This document shows, piece after piece, positions 18,248 to 26,289 of a DNA stretch of 64,000 nucleotides (the first letter of the stretch is position 1; each line of letters begins with the position of its first letter). Location of the stretch: NCBI GenBank assembly GCA_009780065.1, contig WRAS01000001.1:273661-337660 (forward strand). The letters run 5' to 3'. The translations under genes were made by a program, and so were the position numbers. The notes under the pieces are model-generated. The model saw nothing but the letters and a program-made list of their open reading frames with translations. It searched no databases and was not told the origin of the DNA. This DNA is from Bacillota bacterium (GTDB taxonomy: Bacteria; Bacillota; Clostridia; Christensenellales; UBA1242).

Positions 18248-19410
18248 AAAAGATTATCGAAGCCGCGGCAAAACAACTGGGTCTGGAACAAAATGACTAC
18301 ATTCAATTTTTATATCCAGAACGTGAAATATGCGTTAGCATTCCCGTAATGATGGACGATGGTCAAATCCAAGTTTTCCAAGGATATCGCGTCCAGCATT
18401 CCAGCAAACTTGGGCCGTACAAGGGCGGAATACGATTCCACCATGAGGTAGACATGGACGAGGTTCGAAGCCTTGCCGCTTGGATGACATTTAAATGTGC
18501 GGTGGTGGACATACCGTACGGCGGCGGAAAAGGTGGTGTGACGGTTAATCCAAGTAAACTTAGTATCAGTGAACTGGAAAATCTTACACGCGAATTTACA
18601 CGGAAACTTTCTCCAGTTTTGGGTGAAAGATTTGATATCCCAGCACCTGACGTAAACACAAATGCCCAGATAATGGGATGGCTGGTATGCGAATATAGTA
18701 AGTCTGTTGGGAAACCATGTCCAGCCGTAGTTACAGGTAAACCAGTCGAGCAAGGAGGGTCGCTTGGCAGGAAAGAAGCCACTGGACGTGGTTTGTATAA
18801 AATAATCAAAGAACTATATAATCGTCTTGGATTGGAATTAAAGAATGCAACCATAGTGATCCAAGGTTACGGCAATGTGGGGTACGAGGTCGCTAAATTA
18901 CTCCATGAATATGGTGCAAAGATAATCGCGGTCAGCGATGTCTGTGGTGGCTACTATAACAAAGATGGTTTGAATATTCCCACTTTCTACATGAAAAGCG
19001 AAAAGCCTAATATTTCAAATTCGGAACTCCTTGAAATGCCTTGTGATATTTTGATTCCAGCTGCGCTTGGAAACCAAATAACCGAAAAGAATGCAAAGAA
19101 TATCAAAGCAAAATATATCGTCGAGGGTGCAAATGGACCCGTAACAACTGATGCCGATGCAATTCTGCAATCAAAGAATATCATGGTGGTACCAGACATC
19201 TTGGCAAATGCGGGCGGGGTGGTTGTGTCATATTTTGAATGGCTCCAGAACTTGGAAAATCAAAAGTGGACAATTGACCAAGTAAATACAAATCTGGAAA
19301 AGATTATGTTTTCCGCATTCGAGCGTGTATATAAAATTCACAAAAATAAAAATATCTCTATGCGCCAAGCCGCATATATCGCCGCTTTGGAAAGATTGAC
19401 GCGCAAATAA
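18244..19410 (+). CDS. gdhA: Glu/Leu/Phe/Val dehydrogenase (glutamate dehydrogenase)
   Basis: GPYKGGIRFH, PYGGGKGG, PAPDVNT, QGYGNVG, EGANGP, NAGGVVVSYFEW. Confidence 0.93.
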   Translation: MKKIIEAAAKQLGLEQNDYIQFLYPEREICVSIPVMMDDGQIQVFQGYRVQHSSKLGPYKGGIRFHHEVDMDEVRSLAAWMTFKCAVVDIPYGGGKGGVTVNPSKLSISELENLTREFTRKLSPVLGERFDIPAPDVNTNAQIMGWLVCEYSKSVGKPCPAVVTGKPVEQGGSLGRKEATGRGLYKIIKELYNRLGLELKNATIVIQGYGNVGYEVAKLLHEYGAKIIAVSDVCGGYYNKDGLNIPTFYMKSEKPNISNSELLEMPCDILIPAALGNQITEKNAKNIKAKYIVEGANGPVTTDADAILQSKNIMVVPDILANAGGVVVSYFEWLQNLENQKWTIDQVNTNLEKIMFSAFERVYKIHKNKNISMRQAAYIAALERLTRK

Positions 19411-19471
19411 TAATGGATAAGGATATGGTCTTTTGCATAAATTACCCCTAATAATTAGGAGGAGTTTATTA

Positions 19472-20398
19472 ATGAAAATTTTAAATAAGTTGGTAACAAT
19501 GGCAATAGTTATTTCCGCCGTTTTTATGCTTGCGTCTTGTGAATTGGATACAGGCAGAGATATACCGAAAACCGAAACGCATATGGTTCAATGGAACCAA
19601 ATCAGCGGCACAACATTTATTGTACGCACAGGAAACAATCAAATCGACAGTGGTAGTTACGTGGAGGACGGAACAATCATAAATATATCATGTTCCTGTT
19701 ACGATCTGGATGTGGACGATTACTTGGTTGTTACTGCAAATGGAGCCCAAGTTTCTTTCGGTGAATTCATGGTAAACCAAGACACAAATTTTGTTGTCAG
19801 TACATCAACTAATCTCAAACCATTTGAAATTACAAACACAACTAATATGAGTAACGGCACAGTTAGGATCCAAGATGGCACAGCATGGTTTTCCACAGGA
19901 ATTCCAAATACAGAAATCGCCAATCCAAATTTCGGCAGACAAAGTGGCACCATCCAAATAAACCAAGTAGGTGCTTTGATATTACGTTTTGATGTGGTTG
20001 CAGATATGAATTATGGGGATTGGATTGTATTCACGGTGAATGTTGGGCATTCGGCTGCGACAGTGGACTCGTGCCATATTGGTATCAGACGTGACGAGCA
20101 AGGTAATTACTTCATCGGCGGAATTCCAAACTGGCCATCTGTGCACGCTGGCACGAATAACGGAATTCCAAATCTTGCAATGGTGAATCAACCAATCACA
20201 GATCTAAACGACATACGAATTGTTTTTGATGAAAGCTATCATTCAGCACAATTGGGTGACTTTAATTTTTACCAATCCGCTGCACCATATGGTCTATCTC
20301 GTCTATTGCATGACGGCTCGACAATGATTCGTAACATTTGGCTTATCAGAACAAGTATGGACAGCGAAATCGGTGTAAAAAATATACGGATGGCTTAA
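19472..20398 (+). CDS. Putative lipoprotein
   Basis: AGGAG RBS; signal peptide ending in lipobox 'LASC'; beta-rich mature part. Confidence 0.8.
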   Translation: MKILNKLVTMAIVISAVFMLASCELDTGRDIPKTETHMVQWNQISGTTFIVRTGNNQIDSGSYVEDGTIINISCSCYDLDVDDYLVVTANGAQVSFGEFMVNQDTNFVVSTSTNLKPFEITNTTNMSNGTVRIQDGTAWFSTGIPNTEIANPNFGRQSGTIQINQVGALILRFDVVADMNYGDWIVFTVNVGHSAATVDSCHIGIRRDEQGNYFIGGIPNWPSVHAGTNNGIPNLAMVNQPITDLNDIRIVFDESYHSAQLGDFNFYQSAAPYGLSRLLHDGSTMIRNIWLIRTSMDSEIGVKNIRMA

Positions 20399-20444
20399 AT
20401 AAAACTGTTTGCTTTAACATTGGATATACGTATACTAATTCATC

Positions 20445-21332
20445 ATGCACTATTTTCTTTTGATTCCCATGATAATTGCATTCGCCGCAGAAACCATTCT
20501 GTGGAAGCGAAACAAATTAAAGCCACTGGACGCCGTGCTGGCAAATGCTTTTTGGCGTTTTGTCGCAATTATAACGGTGTTTCTTGTTTTACTGATTTTC
20601 AGTGATGATCTATTCGTCGACCTAACATGGGAGGCGGTTGGCTGGGCATTTGCAATTCAATTGTTTGGTGCATCCGCAATCATGGCATGGTCAATCACAT
20701 TGAAAAATATGGCGGTATCTTTGGCCCAGCCATTGTCGTTATTTCGTATTATTCCAATGACACTGGTTTCGTTTTTAATCTTCGGGGGTGGTCTATCATT
20801 TTGGGAAATCGGTCTGGTTGCTGCGATTGCTGTGTTTTGTTTTTCACTTGGATATTTACAGGGCAGACATGAAACAAAATCCGTCAAAGACGGTAATTAC
20901 AAAAAGGGACTATTCTTTTTACTGGTGTGGATATTCTGTTTTACCAGCATAGATCTTATCGTCATGCAAGCGACACGTACAGGCGTCAATCCAATAACGT
21001 TTTCGGCAATACGTTCTGTTGCATTCCTGATGGCAAGTACAATAATCTTCTTTTCATTCAGAAAGCAAAGAGCCGAGGGTCTTCGCATATTATTCAAAGA
21101 CCGCAATATGATTTTCATAGGAATCGCATTCGCTGTCAGCAGTTTATTGTTCATAACAATCCTAACACAAATGGATAATGTGGGAATACTGTCGGCATTC
21201 GTGGTTGCAAGTGTCCCGCTGGTTGTTTTATACGGTGCAATATTCCTACGTGATAAAATCAAATGGTATAACTATGTTTTCATTACACTGATAATCGGCT
21301 GTGTGGTTGCGTTGACCATAATTACAACCTGA
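20445..21332 (+). CDS. EamA/DMT-family transporter
   Basis: About ten TM segments in two repeats; C-terminal 'GAIFLRDKI'. Confidence 0.8.
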   Translation: MHYFLLIPMIIAFAAETILWKRNKLKPLDAVLANAFWRFVAIITVFLVLLIFSDDLFVDLTWEAVGWAFAIQLFGASAIMAWSITLKNMAVSLAQPLSLFRIIPMTLVSFLIFGGGLSFWEIGLVAAIAVFCFSLGYLQGRHETKSVKDGNYKKGLFFLLVWIFCFTSIDLIVMQATRTGVNPITFSAIRSVAFLMASTIIFFSFRKQRAEGLRILFKDRNMIFIGIAFAVSSLLFITILTQMDNVGILSAFVVASVPLVVLYGAIFLRDKIKWYNYVFITLIIGCVVALTIITT

Positions 21333-21356
21333 GTCATAAAACATAGAACTTGTAAA

Positions 21357-21510
21357 ACATAACAAAAGCGTTGTTATGTATTTTTACATATATTTCCGCT
21401 TCTGCTTAATCAACTTTACCAACGAACAAATTGGTTTAGATTATTTTGGCGCAGCACTATTAAAAAATTCAGATGAATTCAAAATCAACGAAAATTTTCG
21501 AACAAGATAA
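21357..21510 (+). pseudogene. Internally deleted copy of the 22061-22778 unit
   Basis: Same upstream palindrome fused to a near-copy of the last ~40 codons (YFRFCLINFTNEQI…FKINENFRTR*). Confidence 0.75.
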
Positions 21511-21574
21511 AAAATGTTATTTGACATTTATGTAGTTGTTTGCATTTATGAATACATTGGTGTAACTTAAGATT

Positions 21575-22030
21575 ATGAGAAGGAAAATTTTCAAAATACT
21601 CGCCATAGTAGTTGCAGTTGCTGGAATTCCTGCAGGGCTATTGTTATCACGCGGTCTCAGAACCCCTTGGAACGGAAATAGTGTTGCTGTCACTTCACCA
21701 GATGCGATTCATTGGCATGTTGCGATTGGTATATGGATTGCATTTGCACTAACTGGTTTGTTTATATGGTGTTTTGACAAATCCTTCAAACAGGAAAACT
21801 TTCCATTTGCAACAACTGTCATATATATAGGAGGTTTAATATCTGGTTTCTTAATAGGTTTTCGACAAGGGGCGTCAAGTCCATGGGCACCATCTGGCTA
21901 TGGTGCACCTCAAGTGGTAATTCCATCAGCAATAGTGTGGACGCTTACGCTTGTTGTGTGCGGGGTGTTTTTTGCACTTGCTACAATGTTACTAGTGCTA
22001 AGAAAGTTTAGCAAAACACAACAAAATTAA
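21575..22030 (+). CDS. Hypothetical 4-TM membrane protein
   Basis: 151 aa, four hydrophobic segments. Confidence 0.75.
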   Translation: MRRKIFKILAIVVAVAGIPAGLLLSRGLRTPWNGNSVAVTSPDAIHWHVAIGIWIAFALTGLFIWCFDKSFKQENFPFATTVIYIGGLISGFLIGFRQGASSPWAPSGYGAPQVVIPSAIVWTLTLVVCGVFFALATMLLVLRKFSKTQQN

Positions 22031-22124
22031 GGAGAAAACTAATGAAAAAAGTTTGCATAATACATAACAAAAACGTTGTTATGTATTCTTGCATATGTTA
22101 TATTTTATATTAAAGTTAGGGGAC

Positions 22125-22778
22125 ATGGAACAAAACAAAGAGCAATTAAAAAAACAAAGAATAAGAAATATATTAATTGCAGTCGGATGTGTACTGTTGG
22201 CAACATATTTGTTGTTGTTTGTATTTACAACATGGGTGGTAATTGTACCACGTGGATATGCGGATTCACGTTATGGAAACATTCCAATCGTGCGTGTGGA
22301 TGGAACTGAATGGGTTTATGGATTTACCATAGCTAACCAATTTCCAGAATTAAATGATCCATCTATTTTTAGCCAGCGACGGTACTTTATGTTTAACGGT
22401 CAACTGCACCACATTCATCTTCCACAAGGAAGTTTCTTTGCGCTGCGATCAGATGAAGGACTTTCTGTAAGGAAAAATGATGAAATTCTGGGTAGTTTTA
22501 TTAATGAAATTGACAGACGGTCTGAGTCTAGCGTAATATCTATTTTCTTTTTGCACAATGATTCTATTTACTACAAGTTTACAGCACGGAGAACTGCAAT
22601 TTTTACAAGGGGTATTCTCCATGCAAGGACGACTATAAGTTTCGCTAAGTACAGATACTTCCGATTCTGTTTAATCAATTTTACTAATGAACAAATTGAT
22701 TTAGAGCGTTTTGGTGCGACACTAAACACAGCTTCGTCAGGAAGTTTTAAAATCAACGAAAATTTTCGAACAAGATAA
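22125..22778 (+). CDS. Membrane-anchored hypothetical protein
   Basis: Start MEQNK after AGGGGA; one N-terminal TM. Confidence 0.75.
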   Translation: MEQNKEQLKKQRIRNILIAVGCVLLATYLLLFVFTTWVVIVPRGYADSRYGNIPIVRVDGTEWVYGFTIANQFPELNDPSIFSQRRYFMFNGQLHHIHLPQGSFFALRSDEGLSVRKNDEILGSFINEIDRRSESSVISIFFLHNDSIYYKFTARRTAIFTRGILHARTTISFAKYRYFRFCLINFTNEQIDLERFGATLNTASSGSFKINENFRTR

Positions 22779-22799
22779 ATTTACAAAGGAGAAAAATTT

Positions 22800-23315
22800 A
22801 TGAAAAAGATATTTATAATTTCATCTATTGGTCTTTTGCTTTTGGGTGTAGTTGGTTACTTTATTTTCGCCCTTGTTGATTGGACAAATCGAGCGTCGCC
22901 AGATGATTTCGAATTAGTGATTTCGGTGCGAGAAATAACATTACCATACGGTGATAATTTTTATATCGATGTGCGGATAAAAAATAGAAGTGAGTGGGGA
23001 ATACGAATTGCACATTTTAGTTCACCCGTTCGCACTTACGATATTGGAGGATGGGGTAATTTTCCAACGGGATATATTTCAGAAAATCCTACTTTCACGG
23101 TTATTCAAGGGAACAGTTATTGGCATAAAGTGCGCACATTCAGGAACGATGATTTTAATTTCGAAGCCATGCAACCTGGGATTTATGAATTGAGATTTAA
23201 TACCAATTTCTATATTAATTGGAGACCACGTGGCGTACGCTATCTTTTTACTTGGTGGCGTAACGAGCAACGTATAAATATTCAATCAGATACAATACAG
23301 TTAACTGTTTTATAA
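22800..23315 (+). CDS. Membrane-anchored Ig-like protein
   Basis: N-terminal TM; DDFELVISV…YGDNFYIDVRIKN…PGIYEL…IQSDTIQLTV; paralog of 23340. Confidence 0.75.
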   Translation: MKKIFIISSIGLLLLGVVGYFIFALVDWTNRASPDDFELVISVREITLPYGDNFYIDVRIKNRSEWGIRIAHFSSPVRTYDIGGWGNFPTGYISENPTFTVIQGNSYWHKVRTFRNDDFNFEAMQPGIYELRFNTNFYINWRPRGVRYLFTWWRNEQRINIQSDTIQLTVL

Positions 23316-23339
23316 GGAAACAATAAAGGAGAACTATAA

Positions 23340-23813
23340 ATGAAAAAAAAATTAGTCATTATAATTCCAATAATCGTTGTTATCGTGGGTGTTGCGATAT
23401 TATCGTCCATCATGTTCTTGGGCTGGGGTCCCAGTCGCGCCACCGAGGATGATTTTTCCCTGACTATTTCGATAGACCAAACAACAGTCATGCATGGCGA
23501 AACCATTGATGTACAGGTAACGTTAAAAAATCATACTTGGCGGGCACAGAGGATTTCTACTTTTGGGTACTTTATTGGACACATACCTCCTGGTACCTTA
23601 TTTAATATGCCAGCACCTGGTGGACAAACCCCCCCCCCCACCGTGCGACTTGGCAGAGAAAAACAAAGAACTATACCCATAAGGATTCCTGACTCGCTTG
23701 CATTAGGTGAACATGAGTTATCCTTTAACTATCGCCTTAGTATAAATAGGGGTAGAAACAGTTACAGAGAGTTTGAAATTTGGTCAAATATTATTTTTTT
23801 GAATATAGTTTAA
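23340..23813 (+). CDS. Membrane-anchored Ig-like protein
   Basis: DDFSLTISI…HGETIDVQVTLKN…LGEHEL…IWSNIIFLNI; paralog of 22800. Confidence 0.75.
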   Translation: MKKKLVIIIPIIVVIVGVAILSSIMFLGWGPSRATEDDFSLTISIDQTTVMHGETIDVQVTLKNHTWRAQRISTFGYFIGHIPPGTLFNMPAPGGQTPPPTVRLGREKQRTIPIRIPDSLALGEHELSFNYRLSINRGRNSYREFEIWSNIIFLNIV

Positions 23814-23836
23814 AGTGATAAAAGGAGAAATTTATT

Positions 23837-26218
23837 ATGAAAAACCATTTAAGAAAAATATCAATACTTGCTCTGTTATTTATTTTTGCAATAACCCCTT
23901 TTGTAATATCACTTAATACATATGATAAGCGAAATGTTTTTGCAGGCACGAGATACATTAACGCAAAATGCAATTGCATAGATTGTGAATGTATTGAATG
24001 TTTCTGTAAGGATTGTTGTGGTGACAATATTGTCCGCGGTGGACATCATATCAACGATATCCGCAGAAAAGTAGGATATAGTTCGGGTGAATTAGTGCGT
24101 ACACACACTTTGTATGGTTATGTGACAACAAAACCAGTTTGCGATGACTCATATGAAAAGCGGGATATGCCGACTTTAAATCAATCAAATTTTAACTCAA
24201 GTAATTATGAGATAATAACAGTTCACCAAGGGACAAACACTAACCTCGGCAGAGGTGTTAATAACGGTATTGTTGTTGTTTTACTTGCAGACGGTTTTAT
24301 TGCTAACGAGATGGGTATTTTTATAAATCACGCCATATATGCATCAAATTTTCTAATAAGTATGTATCCGTTTAGTTTATTTTCGGACTTATTTACAATA
24401 CATGTAATTTTTTCTAGTTCAAATCAATCAGGTGTAAGTGTACGCCATGGATGGCCTTGGAATAGGCGTGAGGTGGACAATGTCTTCGGAAGTTATGAGC
24501 CAGAAAGTGGTCGTATTGGCATGCCTCGCTGGGGAAGAAACCGTGCCAGATTTAATGCCAATTATTTCTTTGGTAAAGTAGATATGATTCAGGTAATTGC
24601 AAATTCTAACAGATTCGGCGGGACCGCTTTTATTTGGGATAATGGTTATTATGGATACGAGATACCTTGTCTTATAGGTCCAGCAGTCTCCGTAGCACTA
24701 ACAACAGTACATAACCAGTTTGCTGGTGGCTGGGTAAGAACATTTATCCATGAATTCGGGCACTCATTTGGAAATTTGGCGGACGAGCATAGATATAATA
24801 GAGCAGTGTGGGAAACTGCTAATCTAACAACAGAAAGCAATAACACCAGCGTGCGTTGGAGTCATTGGGTTGGACATGGTGACACAGGTCATGGTGCAAT
24901 CGGTGTATACAGAAATGATCATGCTCCATCTGGGCATGCAATCCCAATGCGAATGGATAGATGTTTAATGTCACGGGCGACCAACACAGCTCGCCCATTC
25001 TGCGCAGTCTGTTCCTCTGAACTAGTCCGTCGTATGGCACAGCATCATTCTGGTGAAACTTTTGAACCGCGAATTACTGCTAACCAGACACATATAACAG
25101 TCCAACAAAACCCACGAAACAGAATTCTTCCATATGCATTCAGCGGAAATACAATGGTGCAACACGTAACAATCCCACAAGGAATAAATTCAATAGGAAG
25201 ATATGCCTTCTTGGGTGCAACTAATTTGCGAACAATACTAAGTATGTCATTTGTTGCACCGCCAATGATTGACAACACAACCTTCGCAGGCTTGGATAGA
25301 TCGCGTATTACAGTAATAGTTGTTCCAGGATTTATTGGTGCATTTCGCAACGCAGGATGGACAGGTTTCAATATTGTTGACCCTCATTTTTTCGCCGGCG
25401 GCTCTGGTACACCCTCTGACCCATTTTTAATAAGCAACGCAACACATTTAAATAATATCAGATACGCGGCATCAGCCTACTTCCACCTCACCAACAACAT
25501 CTATCTCACAGGCACTTGGACTCCGATCCAAACATTTGGTGGCACAATCAACGGGAACAACCATGTTATCAGCGGCATGAATTTCACAATGCCAGGGACA
25601 CAGTTGGACAGCGCATTACACATCGGAATGATACGAAACTTGACGGGCATGATACGTAACCTAAGGATTGCCAACAGTCACGTTGAGTTCGGTCCCAACC
25701 ACAATGGCAATGGCACACTACGTGCGGGTATCTTGGCGGGATCCATTTGGCGTACAGGTGTCGTGGATAATGTAAGAATAGAAAACAGTCATGTGATCAC
25801 ACATCGGCAGCAGTCTGAAATGGGTGGTCTGGCGGGCGAGGTCAATGGAACAGTACGAAATGTAAGGGTAATAAACACACAACTAGATGGTAACGGCGAC
25901 ATCGGCGGAGTCGCAGGTGTAGTGCAATCAAACGGCGAAATCAGGGCAAGTTTCGTGGTCAATATAAACGTCTGGTATTGGCGTGCTGGTGTTAACAGAA
26001 GTGTGGGTGGAATTACTGGCGCATTACGCGGTGGGTCTGTGCTAGTCAACCGTGTGGAAGGTTTTCATATAACACTTGCAAACAATACGTCAGGTTCTTT
26101 CTTTGGAAGACTTGTCGGCTGGTGCAATGGTGCGGGTACAATAACGCACTACCAAGAAAACAATGTAACATTCCAACCATCCAACACCCAAGTACCTAGA
26201 CGCATTGGCAATCGGTGA
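23837..26218 (+). CDS. Secreted M64-family metallopeptidase with BspA-LRR and GLUG-type repeats
   Basis: Signal peptide; VVLLADGF, YPFS, HEFGHSFGNLADE, CLM…FCAVC; SIGRYAF LRR; GSGT.SDPFLI and GGLAG repeats. Confidence 0.85.
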   Translation: MKNHLRKISILALLFIFAITPFVISLNTYDKRNVFAGTRYINAKCNCIDCECIECFCKDCCGDNIVRGGHHINDIRRKVGYSSGELVRTHTLYGYVTTKPVCDDSYEKRDMPTLNQSNFNSSNYEIITVHQGTNTNLGRGVNNGIVVVLLADGFIANEMGIFINHAIYASNFLISMYPFSLFSDLFTIHVIFSSSNQSGVSVRHGWPWNRREVDNVFGSYEPESGRIGMPRWGRNRARFNANYFFGKVDMIQVIANSNRFGGTAFIWDNGYYGYEIPCLIGPAVSVALTTVHNQFAGGWVRTFIHEFGHSFGNLADEHRYNRAVWETANLTTESNNTSVRWSHWVGHGDTGHGAIGVYRNDHAPSGHAIPMRMDRCLMSRATNTARPFCAVCSSELVRRMAQHHSGETFEPRITANQTHITVQQNPRNRILPYAFSGNTMVQHVTIPQGINSIGRYAFLGATNLRTILSMSFVAPPMIDNTTFAGLDRSRITVIVVPGFIGAFRNAGWTGFNIVDPHFFAGGSGTPSDPFLISNATHLNNIRYAASAYFHLTNNIYLTGTWTPIQTFGGTINGNNHVISGMNFTMPGTQLDSALHIGMIRNLTGMIRNLRIANSHVEFGPNHNGNGTLRAGILAGSIWRTGVVDNVRIENSHVITHRQQSEMGGLAGEVNGTVRNVRVINTQLDGNGDIGGVAGVVQSNGEIRASFVVNINVWYWRAGVNRSVGGITGALRGGSVLVNRVEGFHITLANNTSGSFFGRLVGWCNGAGTITHYQENNVTFQPSNTQVPRRIGNR

Positions 26219-26289
26219 AATAAATTAAAAGTTGCAAAGTTTGTCCAAAAAACGTATAATGCCATATTACACGATGGGAGGATTTTATA

